This document shows, piece after piece, positions 1 through 14,100 of a DNA stretch of 64,000 nt. This DNA comes from Eledone cirrhosa. Lineage: Eukaryota. Numbering within the stretch: the stretch's first letter is position 1; each line of letters opens with the position of its first letter. Both the position numbers and the translations under genes were made by a program. The stretch is taken from positions 142,724,001 to 142,788,000 of the forward strand of contig OZ024741.1 of NCBI GenBank assembly GCA_964016885.1, given 5' to 3'. The notes under the pieces are model-generated. The model was not told the DNA's origin, made no database searches, and was given only the letters and a program-made list of their open reading frames with translations.

Positions 1-1203
1 GTGGGAGATTTGGCTGCTATTTCTATTATGCCAAGCAACTATGTAAAGGCTCCTCACAAGCATTTGCATTCTGTATACTTAAATGACAAGAAACTCAATG
101 AATGGGTCTGAATTTTTTTACTTTTCAATGCAGAAGAATTTCAATATATATTGTTGTTACAATTCACACCTATGTAAGTTTAGCTGCCCTCCTATGAGAT
201 GAGTGTTTAGGGATCCTAACCCCATAATGAAAAGGCTTGGACAGGATATCAATGGGATAACCACTCACTACCTGCTGTTGGTAGTCATTTTCTTTCAGTT
301 AAATAAGTTGCAGCAACGTGAAATGAAGTATCTTGCTCAAGGGCACAATGTGTTGCCCAATCCCATGGCCTTATGTGAGTCCAACACTCTCGTCATCATG
401 CCTTCACACACATTGAATTGCAAAGTAAGCTGAACAAGAGCATTAGCAAATCCACTAGAGGGTAGGACTGCCTTGCAGTAAGTTTGAGTTTACTGTCAAG
501 ATCAACATTACTTTTCATCCTTTTGGAGTTGATAAAACAAAGTACCAGTCCAAAATGGTGAATTACTTGGAAAATTAAGGGTCCTTACTTCTGCCACATA
601 GTCTACTTTCTCTGTTAATCTGCCTTGTAGTCCCACTACATTGATTGCACTGTGTACTCCAGAATTTTTGCCCACCTCTTTTTAATGTACTGAGCAAGGT
701 ATCAGGGTCCTGTTCATTTCTATTTATTAAGACTTTAGTCTTTAAGTTTACTTTTAGGCCTTTCAATTTTAGGATTTTTCTTCCATGCTTGGAATTCAGA
801 TTCTAACTCTTCTACAGATTCAGCTATGACGAAGTCACCAGCATACAGGAGTTCACATGGGCAGGCAGTTTTAAAGTCCTGTTATGACCTGAAGAACAAT
901 GATAAACAGAAGAGGACCCTCACCTGCACTTCAAATTTGTCAGTGCTCATTGCCAACTCTCACCTTGTTTACTGCACCTCTACACATGGCTTGCACAGCC
1001 CTCATGAACCATAAGCCTAGTTTTCACCAGATTACAGAATAGGGAACACTGTCAAAGGCCTTCTCAAGATCTACAAACGCCAGGTACTAAATCTTTCTCT
1101 TAGCTAAGTACCTCTCCTGCAGTTGTTTTACAAGGAAGAGGGAATCAGTACTACTTTTGCCTAGCAGAAGACCGAGCTGCATCTCATCTAGTTTGTCCCT
1201 AAT

Positions 1204-2230
1204 TTGTTGCGCTTTCAATATCTTTCACCATATGAGATGTCAACTGGTGAACCACAGGGATCTGTTCTTGGCCCCCTTTTGTTTGTGGCATATATTAATG
1301 ACATAGATGCCAACTTAAAGAATGCCACAGTACTGAAATACACAGATGACATCAAGCTGTACGTCGAGATAAAAAGGACAGATCCTGAACACGATAGATC
1401 TTGCTTGCAGTCTGACCTGGACACAATGCAACAGTGGATCACAGACTGGCAACTCAAGCTAGCTGTGGACAAGTGCACCACATGCATTTTGGGAGTAAAA
1501 CCCAGCGTCCACAGCACTAATATCAAGAAGTCTTCTTGTGAACGTGACCTGGGCATTACGGTCAGCAGCGATTTGCGTTGGACGAAGCACGTCTCTAAAA
1601 TTATCAAGAGGGCCAAGGGTGTCTTAGCATCACTCAGCCGCTCTCCAGCTATCTATTTAAGGCTGTACATGTCTATGGAGCGGCCACACTTAGAATTTGC
1701 ATCACCAGTCTGGAACCACTATCTTGCTCAGAACATTAACCGCCTGGAAACTGTTCAGAGACGTGCAACCAAGCGAATCAGGCATCTACCATACTCTGAA
1801 CGCCTTGCTTCTCTGGGCATGGATACATTGAAGCTCCGACGCCTGGCAACTGACTTGGTAAACACCCACAAAATTATTAATCATCTTGCCAACAACCTTG
1901 AGTACCTTTTTGATTTCCATGTGTCTAACACACGTGGGCATGACAACAAAGTCCGAAAACAGCACAGTTCCCATGACTTTCCGAAACATTTGTTCACGCT
2001 CAGTGTTGCTGAAGCATGGAACAAACTACCTGCATCAGTTGTTAGCTGTCAAGACACTGCATCCTTTAAAACCTCCATGCTTCCCAAGATTCGCCAACAC
2101 TACACCTAATGTTCCCCCTCCATACACTATTCACTTCCCTGACATTTATATATTATTCTATGTACTATACATGCACCTTTGATGAGTTGTAGTACACCTG
2201 AGCACTTTACACAATAATTTCATTATTATT
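1204..2230 (+). mobile_element. 5'-truncated CR1-clade LINE (RT C-terminal part and 3' UTR), nested in an RTE-type LINE
   Basis: 301-aa ORF with PQGSVLGPLLF, YTDD, RPHLEFASPVW and TRGH; (ATT)n tail. Minus-strand RTE sequence resumes on both sides (1020-1200 and 2233-2330). Confidence 0.9.
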
Positions 2231-2769
2231 ATCACCTGGTCTATTAACTTGAAGCTTCTGTGGTTATCTCTCTCTAGTGTTTCCTTTGCCTTTATGGTAG
2301 TGATTGTGTATGACAGTATCCTGTAGTACTTGATTGATTATGTATGTATATATAAAGTAATGATTTCTAATTTAGGCACAAGGGCAGCACTTTGGAAGGA
2401 AAAGAAAAGTAGATTACATCGTACCCAGTACTTAACAAATCCAGAAGTTGACCATAGTGGAATTTGAACTTGTAGAAAGTCGTAACTAAATACTGCAAAA
2501 CATTTTGTCTAATGCTCTATCAATTCATTCATACACACATATCATCACCGTTTATATATATATATCATCATCACCATTTAGTGTCCATTTTCCCAAGCTT
2601 TGCATGGGTTAAATGGGTCGACGTTTGGAGACATGTCTGGTCAGAATTGGCTATGCTGTACCTTGCTCTGAGGAGCACTGTAAATTTCGCCAGGGATTTT
2701 ACAGCTGGATGCCTTTCCTAACACCAACCACATTTACAGTCTGTGTACATGTATATATATACATATATA

Positions 2770-2956
2770 CAGGGTGAGCATAAAGTCTTTCGATTTTTGT
2801 TAATGAAAATTACAACTACTTCCTGTAGAAGAGAAAATGTAAAAGATGTTCAGAAAAACTCGAAATTTATAAATGAAAACAATGAAAAAGTAAAATCTTA
2901 AATAGTATCCGAAATATGGTATTTTATAATCAGGGAAAGACTTTATGCTCACCCTG
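2770..2956. mobile_element. Tc1/mariner-type MITE, 187 bp
   Basis: 22-bp TIRs CAGGGTGAGCATAAAGTCTTTC flanked by TA on both sides. Confidence 0.88.
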
Positions 2957-2997
2957 TATATATATTTAATAAATAAAATAATTAAAAAGGAAAAAGT

Positions 2998-3003
2998 TTT
3001 ATT
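2998..3003 (-). terminator. Candidate AATAAA polyadenylation signal of WDR12
   Basis: tttatt on + strand, about 35 nt after the stop codon. The AT-rich context makes chance matches common. Confidence 0.4.
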
Positions 3004-3037
3004 TTGTATTTTCATTCTTTAATTAAAAAAAAAAGGT

Positions 3038-3185
3038 TTAAGAAATTAATTCTTTAGTACTGGTGTGGTGAAATATCTTCATGTGTTTGTCGGCACCACC
3101 AGACAGCATAAGTTTGGGAATTGACCAATCAACAGCCAGAATCTTTTCTTCATGGCCTGTCATGTTATACAGTGGTGCTTTAGGA
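3038..3185 (-). CDS. WDR12: WDR12 exon 12 ([20 protein letters not shown]...ELIS*)
   Basis: Poly-T tract + CTCCAG acceptor; TAA stop at 3038-3040; overlaps ORF 3038..3223. Confidence 0.95.
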
Positions 3186-5042
3186 CTGGAGAAAAAAAAA
3201 AAAAAATGAAATAAAATGTACATAAATAAAATTATAAAAAGCTTTCAAACATGTTATTTTATTAAATATATCAAAGATTTGGGACTTCCACAGAGTAGAA
3301 AGAAAAGAGCTAGGAATTTGTGATGTTCATGTTGAAGACCTGCATTGTGTGTGCAACATGCAGAATAAAAAAAACTTCATTCTCATGTACAAAAGAGCAG
3401 CCATATTGAGTAATAAATGTTACATTAAAATTATGTCTACTACCATTATTTTAGTATTTTATGCATTGTAAAAATTGTCTCGATTTCTCTGCAAGAAAGA
3501 CCCTGTATTTCTGACAGTGAGAGTGACAAGGAAGTTTTTGTGTAACTTTGTAGAGAAATAACACAAGGGATTTTATCTGAAAACCACTGGGTTTCCATGT
3601 TTTTGTCAATGTACATTGGCAAACATTAAACACATGCATACTGTCTCACACACACATACATAGATATATACGCAGGTGCAGGATCAGCAAACAATTGTGG
3701 AACTTCAAGTAACAATGGAGAATAATCCCAATACCATAAATACTTCAGCACTTGTTTCATCATCATCATCATCATCACCGTTTTACGTCCGTTCTTCCAC
3801 GCTAGCATGGGTTAGACGGGTTGTCCTGTTGTGGGCAGTGTCTGGTCGGCTGACCATGCCTTGCTCATACAGGAACTGATCTGGCTTGATTTCTACAGCT
3901 GGATGCCCTTCCTAACACCAACCTCATTTACAGTGAGTGCTGGGTACTTTTTCGTGGCGCCTACACGTCCACTTTACAGTGTGGGCTGGGTGCTTTTTTG
4001 CCGTGGCACCTCCACGACCACCTTGCGGTGGGGGGGGGGGGGGGGGGGGGGGGCATATCGTTTATATGCTTCAGCATGTACCCATGGGAGGTCGGGTACC
4101 CTGTATTACTGCGTGACGCCAGAAGTCACGGTCGTGTGTCATTGACTTTGAGAGGTGTAGTTGGGTAAGGTCGGCTTTTATCACCTCATCCCAAGTCATC
4201 TTGGGTCTCCCCACTCCGCGGTTTCCATCAACTTCTAGTGCTCTGCACCTTTTTATGCAGCTGTCATCCTTCATACGCATCACATGTCCATACCAGCGTA
4301 ACCGCCTCTCCTGCACGCAGCATTTGATTCCTCTTATGCTCAGTCTCTCTCTCAATTCATTTATGCTTTGTCGTTCACGTATATTACTGTTACACATCCA
4401 TCGGAGCATGCAGGCTTCGTTTCTCTCTAATCTACGTAAGTCTTCCACCTTCAGCGCCCAGGTCTCACTACCATGCAACATCGCTGTTCGGATACACGCA
4501 TCATACAGTCTGCCTTTCATTCTGAGGGAGAAGCCTTTTGCAGCTAGCAGTGGTAGTAGTTCCCTAAACTTCTTCCATCCCGTTCTTACCCTAGTTATTG
4601 TACTTTCTGAGCACCCACCTCCGTTGCTAATTCGGTCACCTAGGTAGCAGAAGCTGTCTACTGTTTCTACAGGGCCCTCCCAGAGATTGGTGGTACTTGT
4701 TTCCTGTGGCTGTTTGCTTGCTGTTTCAGCACAGCTGCTGCATGTGAATCCTACATTCTTAATTAAGCTTCCTGAGATCCCGCTACATCTCTTGTGTACC
4801 CATTGTTTGCATTTGGGGCAAAGAATGGAGTTTGTAAACACAAATTCACACACAACATATATAGATATAATTGCGTTTACCACCACATTTTCAAACTGGT
4901 ATCGGTTAGACAGGATGGTCTGAAACAATGTTTTACAGTCAGAATCCCTTCCCAACCCTTTTAGTCATCTTTTACAACATGCAGGGATACAGTGTACCTA
5001 TTTCTAAAAACTGGGTTACACACAGCAATATGTGTATGTGTT

Positions 5043-5081
<39 letters not shown>

Positions 5082-5115
5082 CTTCTCCATTTCATATGAT
5101 AATTAATTATTTTAG

Positions 5116-5189
<74 letters not shown>

Positions 5190-8100
5190 AACAGTATTAT
5201 TAACGATGTTTCACTTTAAAATGTTTTTATTGTATATGAACCATTACATATGTTTCACAGATGATTAGCTTGAGATCCTCAAAATAGTGAACTCAAAACA
5301 TTTACCATCAGTAATCAACACTATTACTAAATAACCTATACACATATATATAGTAATATTAAATACAAAGACCAAAATTCGAAGACGGTTTGATAAGGAT
5401 TGTATATATATATATATATATAAGTGTATATAAACCTGTAGAGCAAATATTTATTATTAGTACAGATTAAAATTTAAGCAAAAAATTCCTGCTTTCACTC
5501 TATATGGAATCTTCTGAAGCTCAGTTTCTGAGTTTCAGAAGATCCCATATAAGGTGAAAGTAGAAATTCTTTGTTTAAAAATTAATATATATATATATAT
5601 ATATATATAGTGAGATGGAGATAGCTATATAACATGCATACATATTTATGCATGTAGATATATAAAGAAATTTGTGTATGTGGGTTACCAGTTTTATTTG
5701 TTTGTCTGTGTCTACATTTGTAAGCCAACAGTTTAGTGCATACATCATATAGATTTAATTTATTCTGTACTCACCTTCGTACGTCCCAGAGTTTTAATAG
5801 CATGTCGTATGAACCTGAGATGAAGTGGTTTTCACTGTTAGGTGACCAACATACACTGGACACCCAGCCTCTGTGAGAAGAGAAACTGTTCTTCACTATT
5901 GCACCCTCTAAAAATAACAAGAATTTGTATAATGTACCCAGAAAATTACATCATGTTTTCACACACATGAATAGAGTTCATCATTATCACTGTTTAATGT
6001 CTATTTCTGCATGTGACAATTCAAGTTAGGTCTTGCTAATAGGGATCTGTATTTTGGCTTTTCTAAGACTGGATGTTCTTCCTAACACCAACTACGTTAC
6101 AGTGTAGACTGGGTGCTTTTTATCGTGGCACCAAAATGACTAACAGGGTGATATAGATATATTCAAGCAAACATTGATGCATGAAGAAACACACAAATGC
6201 TTTCTCCAGGTCAACAAATGCCAAGTAGAGGGGTTTACTTTTAGCTAGGTACTTTTGCAGTTGTCTCAAAAGAAAGAGGGCATCAGTGGTACTTTTACCT
6301 GGCACAAATCCAAACTGTATCTCATTTAAGTTAATTTGATCCCTAATCAGTTGTACAATGACACTTTCTGTAACTTCCACAACCTGGTCCATCAATTTGA
6401 TGCCTCAGTAGTTTCCTGTCTAGTGCATCACCTTTGCCCTTCTGACAGTTCATGATACTGCTGCTACACCAGTCAATGGGTATAGCACCATTTTGTATTA
6501 CTTGGTTTACAATCTGGGTGGTTATGGTGTGACCTACCATCACAGATGCATAAATAAATGTAGAGAAACGCCAGTGGCTGGGACACATGTATCACATGTC
6601 CATACCAACGCAGTTTTCTCTCTTGCACACTACATCCAATTCCCCTTATGCCAAACTTTTCCTTCAGATAGCTTATGCTATACTGCCCAAGCACACTGAT
6701 ATTACACATCCACTGAAGCATACTTGACTCATTCTTTCTAGCCTCCACATTCAAGGTACATTTTTTTCACTGCCATGTAGCATTGCAACATACATATCAT
6801 CATCATCATCGTTTAACGTCTATCTTCCACGCTAGCATAGGTTAGACGGGAGTTGTCCCACTTGAGGCAAGTTTGGTCGGGTGACCGTGTCTCACTCGTA
6901 TAGGACTACCTGGCAGGTTTTCTACGGCTGTTGCCCTTCCTAACACCAGCCACGTTTACAGTGTGGACCGGGAGCTTTTTACCGTGTTACCTACATGGCC
7001 ACATTACAGCGTGGACTGTGTTTTTTGTTGTGACACTTACACGACCTCATTAGTTTGGACTGGATGTTGTGGTACCAACATAACTTTACAGAGAAAGGGT
7101 GGTGTTGGCGGAAGTGGGAGGGTGGAGTAGGGGTAGTGGATTGGGGTGTATATTTGGTTAAGAGGTGCCTACTGACTGTAGGTTTCGCTTTGTACGTAGG
7201 CAAGTCGGGTCTTCTGTATTACGGCATGGCACCAAAGATCTCGGTCCAGTGACATTGTCTTAGAGAGGTGCAAGTGTGTAAGGTCGGAATTTATCAAATC
7301 GTCCCAGGTCTTTCTGGGTCTACCTACTCTGTAGCTTCCATCTATTTTGATCGCCTTGCACTTTTTTACACAGCGGTCGTCTTTCATGCGCATCACATGA
7401 CCATACCAACGTAGTCTTCTCTCAAGTAAACAGCATCTGATCCCTCTTATTCCTAATTTCTCACTTAGTTCATTTATGTTTTGCTGTTCGCATTACACAT
7501 CCAACGAAGCATGCATGCTTCGTTCCTTTCCAGTCTGCGCAGGTCCTCTGCACGTAATGCCCATGTCTCACTGCCATGTAGCATTGCTGTTCATATACAG
7601 GCATCATACAATCTGCCTTTCATTTTTAGAGAGAAACCTTTTGTGGCCAACAGCGGTATAAGTTCTCTGAACTTTTTCCATCCCGTTCTGACTCTGGCTA
7701 CTGTACTTTCAGAGCACCCTCCACCACTGCTGATTTTGTCACCCAGGTAACGGAAAGTGTCCACTATTTCTATAGAACTATCTGGACAATAGAAGAAGCT
7801 AGTATCCTGTGGGCACTTGCTACTTATTGCACCTGAGCATCGGCCACATATAAAATCTACGTTCTTAGATAGCTTACCTGTGATCCCACTACATCTTTTA
7901 TGTACCCAGTTTGCATTTGGGACATAAAATGGAATTTCTACCTACTCCTTTCCTACACACTGAGCATGACCATTTCCCAGAGGGCATCTGTGCCCTATTT
8001 TCCTTTCTACATACTAGAACTTTAGTCCTAGACAAGTTAACATTAAGGCCTTTTGATTCTAGGCCATGCTTCCATGGAATTTCTCTAGGTCAATCATACA

Positions 8101-11100
8101 TTCAGCTATGAGAGTTAGATCATCTGCGTATAGAAGTTCCCATGGGCAGCCGGTCTTAAAACTCCTCTGTTATAGCCTGAAGGGCAATAATAAATAGGAG
8201 GGGGCTAAGGACAGAGCCTTGATGAACACCAACTTTTATGCTAATTTCTTCACTATATTCATTGTTAATTCTAACCTTGCTGACTGTTTCTTTATATATA
8301 AATATATATTTGAAATGTTGGAATTCAAATGCAGAAATCGCTATAAACAATAATAGCATTAGAAAATTGGGTAAAATACCCTTAACAAGAAAAAACCTGG
8401 CCAGCAGCCATTACAGAGCAATATTGGTGGTTTTGACCCATCTGGCCTTGGGCCACAAGAATTCGTCCAACCTATGCCAACATGGAAAGAGGACATAAAA
8501 TGATGATATGTGAGCATCTTATAGTTTCTGTCAACCAAATTCTCTAAACAGGCAACGGTCCGTCTGAGGCTACAGTGAAAGACCCATGACCAAGATGCTA
8601 CGCAGTGGGCTCAATGTAAAGTCACAGCTTAAAGACACAACTATGCCTGCATTTATTCATATAATGAACATCAACATGATCATCATCACTGTTTAATGTC
8701 TATTTTCCATGCTTGCATGTGTTAGATCGCTGTCACATGTTGAGGCCAGACTGGTCAGGTGACAAGGTCCCATTAGAACACTTTGTCTTAGCTTGGTTTT
8801 TATGGTTGTATGCCTTTCCTAATATCAACAATCTACAGCATGATTCTGGGAGCATGGTTTCTACAGCTGGATGCCATTTCTAAAACCAACCACTTTACAG
8901 CTTGTATTGGGATCCTTTCTATCGTGAACCCAGCACTACCACCTTACAGGACGGGCTGGATGCTTTTTATTGTGGCATCGGTGACACCTCATTACAGCAC
9001 TAAGGTGCTTAGTGTCCTTGGTGATGCTGGGGAGGAATCTGAGGTATTTTAATAGAAAAAGATGACAACAAACCACTTGTTCGATGGTCCCAAAGGCGAA
9101 TGTGTCGATCAGCTGAGCCTGTGATAATCAATCGGTTGAGTGGAGAATAAGCGAGATCAAGGAAAACTTTGGAGCCTTGCTGCAAAGATAATGAGAATGA
9201 AATATAAGTAACAGGTCGGACATGAAGTTAGTGGAAAACAGCTATATTGATATTGTTGTTTGAAATGAAAACTACAGACAAAGAGGCTGTAACTTGATAG
9301 CTTTCATGTTAGTTACTTTTGTGGGTGAAGGATTTTTCCATACTCTTAGATCATTTAAATCATATTCATAAATGTCAGTATGACTTCATATGCTTTATAT
9401 GGGTGTGGTGTTGAAAATTCTGCTCTTGAACTGGTTACCTTACATTTTCTGTATAGGTATTGTGTTAGGTGAAATTTCTGCTCTATTAATAGTGACTTTA
9501 CACTCTCTATCTAGTTGTGAGGTGAATGGAATATCTGCTATTAATGGCGACCTTACATTCGTCTATATAAGTTTGGGGTAGGTGGAATTTCTGCTCTCAG
9601 AGTGTCCACATACTCTCATGGATGTAATCACAGAGAGAGAGGAGGGGGGGGGGGGGGGGGGGGGGGGGGCTGAATCTGCTATCCACCTAGTAAAACACGA
9701 CCATCATCACTGGAACACACAAAAGTTCATTAAAACAGCAACCCTGAATAATGGAGGTACAAAAAGCTAAATTAGTTTTAAGAAAGAAAAAAATGTTTTA
9801 ATGGTAAAAATGAAATACCATAGTGGTTGAACATTCAGCCTTTTCCAGATCCCAAATCTTCATTGTATGGTCCCAAGATCCGGTACAGATTTGATTGCGT
9901 TCTACCCAACATAACGACGATATTCCTTCTGAGTGGCCAGCCAACGTCAGAAGAGGAACCTAACAATGGAATAATAATAATAATAATTACAATAATAATG
10001 GTTACTGATTTAGGCACAAGGTCAGCAATATTTTGGGGAGGGGAAAGTTGATTGAATCAACCCTAGTGTGTGACTGGTACTTTATTTTATCAACCCTGCA
10101 AAGATGAAAGGTAAAACTAACCTCGACGGGATTTGAACGCAATGTAAAGGGCTGTAACTCTATGCTGTAAAGCATGGTGTCCAATGCTCTACTGATTCTG
10201 TCAAATAATAATAATGGTTTCTGATTTAGGCACGAGGTCAGCAATTTTGGGGGCAGGAAAAGTCGATTAAATCGACCCCAGTGCTAAACTGGTACTTTAT
10301 TGACCATAGAAGGATGAAAGGTAAAGCTGACCTCAGCAGGATTTGAACTCAGTACATAAAGAGCCAGAAAAATACTGCTATGTATCTGACCAATGCTCTA
10401 ACGACTCTGCCAATCCACTACCTTTAATGGAATGATATTAATAATCAACATTTTATGTCCTATTTCCAATGCTTACATGGGATGGACAGGTTCTTTCTAG
10501 CACATCTCTGGAATCATTTGAGATCAGCTCTGAGAACATCTGCCCAGGTCTTCCTAGGTTTCCTACCACAGTTCCAGTTCACTGAGATTTCTTGGCACTT
10601 TTACACCCAATGCTCACCATCCATACCAGTGCAGTCTTCTCTCCTGCACAATATACCTAATTCCTGTTATATCCAGTTCTTACTCTAGTTATTATACTGC
10701 CGGTGCAGCCTCCTGCTCCACAAATTTTATCATCGAGGTAACAGAAACGATGAACTACATGTATGGAGCCTTCCCGGGATTTGAAAATGTTTATTTTATT
10801 TGTGCTCTAACTATCCCAGTCATCTGCCTCACAAAAAGTTTACCTTTTCAGTTAGTCTGCTTACTATACCACCAAACCTCATGCGTATGCAAGATTTATA
10901 TTGTGTATATCGTATAGAGTTACTATCAACTCCTTTTCTACATATTGAGCAGAGCCACTTTCCTGATGGAACCAGGGTCTCGTCTTCTTTCCTGCATACC
11001 AGAACCTTAGTTTTTCCTAAGTTTACTCAAAGCTCTGTTTCCAAAGCTGGAATTTCTTTTTTAGCTTTTCTACAGATTTGGCTATTAGAACCAGGTCGTC

Positions 11101-14100
11101 AACATATAGGAATTTCTATGGGTAACCTGTTTTAATCTCCTCTGCTATGGCCAACAGAACTATGACAAACAGGAGTGGACTGAGGACAGAGCTCTGATAA
11201 ACACCTTCTTGCACACTGAACACTGAATTCCTTACTAAACTCAGTGCCCACTCACTTTACTAACAGCTTCTGTACATGGCTTGCACTGCTCTTATGAGAC
11301 ATTCTTCTATGACTACTTTCCTTAAGGACCACTAGATGACAAATCAAGGTACTCTGTCAAATGCCTTCTCTAGATCAACAAAAGCTAAATATAGCGCTTT
11401 ATTCTTAGCTAGGAACTAGCTGTCTCACTAGGAAGAGGGCATCTGTAGTACTTTTCTACAGCACAAAACTAAACGGCATCTCTCTAATTTGTAATTTCTG
11501 TCACTTTCATTACTTGGTCCATTAGTTTTATGCCCCTGTAATTGCTACTTTTTAGTGCATCACCTTTTTTCCTGTAACAATTGATGAGTATACTACAACA
11601 CCAGTCATTGGGTGTAACACCATCTTGTACTACCTGACTGATTATGCAGGTGACTAGTTGAGCTCCTACTTCCTCAGAGAATTTCAGCATCTAAGCGACT
11701 ATTTCTGATGGCCTGGTGGTCTTACAATTTTTCATCTCCTTGATTGCTCCCTTAACCCTATAACTGTTAATTTCAATAGCTGGTCTTTCTGTTGGGTCAC
11801 TGAAGGTAGTCTCTCTTCTGCCCACTCATTTTCCACATTCATCAACCTCTCACAATAGCACATCCAGGCCCCCTTCTTTTGGTAATCTGGAATGCTGAGT
11901 GTGCCAGTGTCATTTTGTACACACATTTCCCCAAAGACGTCTTGGTGCTAACCCTTTTAACTGCCTCTTACGACATGCAGGGATACAGAGTTCCTATTCT
12001 AGAAACGAAGATATACACATAATAATAATAATAATGATATTTTGTCAATGGTCAAATCCACCTAGCATAAATTAACACGTACACAAATACTCATGCTAAT
12101 CCTTAGTGGTGGTGACACAAAATACACTTGATAGAGTGCATGATCATGTCAGACCCCGTCCACAAGGATGTCAGAGGCTCCATTTGAGTACTGACCAGTC
12201 TGTGATGGCATGTTCAACTTTTGCTAGCAGGGAAAATGGACATTAAATATAATGATTAAGCATAACAATGTAATCCTATAAAAAGTCACTGCTGCCTGCC
12301 TCCCAGTAAATGGAAGGGAGTTAGGGATAGGTGGGTAGGTGAAATAGTTTACTTACTCTTAGCTGTGCTTTATAACCACAGATTTTCTTTTTCTTCAGCT
12401 GGTTCACTTCTTCATCTTCTGTTGTTTCGGTTGAATTGTTATCAACAACTGGAGAACAATAAAAGACATTATCATAATTTATATTAACTCTTTCTCTCTG
12501 GTCCTGTCTACAGTCGGGACATCAGAAACTATTCAGAGTCGAATTCAGCTCGCAGTCATTTATTTTTTCGCTATAGCAGTCAGATCTCGCCTGTACTCAT
12601 GCATAATCTTAGCAATACGGTAGTTAATCACGAGTTACATGCGAGAAAGAAAACCATGTTATTATAAGGAAAACTTTTTAAACAAACATGGTATCAGATA
12701 TCGAAAGTAATTATATTTTCACAGACTTTACAGAAACTGATGCAGTCGAAAAAAAAAAATGAAATGTATTTGGAAAATGAAGAGAATCGATGATGAATTT
12801 GAATGGGAACTGAGACAAAAGCGGTGATGACAAACTGACTTAGGGAACCAGTGTCAAAATATTCTATCGTTGTTCAAGCAGGTAGTCAGTGGTGAAAGTG
12901 GCAGCCATCAGAGAAAAAAGAGTGAGACTGTAAGATGGTCATGCTTGTGACATGACAAAAAAGAACTGTCCACCCTGTAAGATGATCATGCTTGTGCTAC
13001 GATGAAAAATCACTTAGTTCACCCTGCCAGATAGTTGTTTTGGTGCTTCAATAAAAAGCACCCAGTCAACTCTGAAACATGATTGGCATTAAGAAGGGCA
13101 CCAAGTCAAAAACAGATTTGTATGAGCAAGATGTGCTCACATATGTATGTATATATTATATACACATACATATGTATAGAGCCGTAACACTTGCTGGAAT
13201 TATGACATACTTTGTTTCCCCGGGTATTTTAAACCTGGCCAAGCCCATCCCCTCTCCAGGTCTGAACACAGCTAATTTCTTTCTGTGAAGGTAAGAAAAG
13301 GAAAAAGAGGAAATGAGAAAGAGATATAAAGGAAGAATTATTGACCCCAGTACTAGATGGATGAAAGGCAAAGTTGTAGGATTTAAACTCAGAAAGCCAG
13401 AACAAATGTGAAGCCTTCTAGTTAACACCCCCCCCCCCCCCTATAAATAGACACAAACCACTAACCTGTAGACCATATTTTCAGCATGTTGTCCCAGGAA
13501 CCACTGCAGACCTGCAAAAGATCAGAAAGCCAATAAAATGAAATACAAACCCTAGATTAGTTGTAGAGGTGATTTCTAGATTAGTTGTAGATGCAATCTT
13601 TAGATTGGTTTTAGAGGCAACCTCTATATTAAATGGGGTAGCAGTCAATGTTTGCACTGGGGAATGATAGTGGACTTTAACACTTTCAATTACCATATTT
13701 CAAATTAAATACACTGTATTTGGATTAATTAATGAAGAATTTGGAGGGAGTTGCTAAAATTATAATTTCTTCATTAAGATATTTGTAACATAGCAAAAGG
13801 TTTTCATATAAATCTTTTGGGGAATTGGGAGAGTTGATATCAAAAGGGATGAGATGAAAACAAATATGCTGCTGTTTAGTCTCAGCTCAGTCTTTATTTA
13901 TGATCTAACCATGACCATCCAGTCTAATTTGTGGTATGTAAGACTATATTATCTAATGTAACCCTTACTTATTTAAGATGACAAGGTATGATTTGAGGAA
14001 AATTTGGCTGCTATTTTTAGTTGGTTGATCAATTGGGTTGACTGGGTGTATTTTATTTGATTCCCCTGATGGATCAACAAAGCTGACCATGATGCCATTA

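Noticed and set aside
9640-9670. Long poly-G/C runs (also ~4030, 47730 and 60900) as functional G-quadruplexes
   Set aside because: They are homopolymers within repeats; lengths are error-prone and there is no evidence of function.
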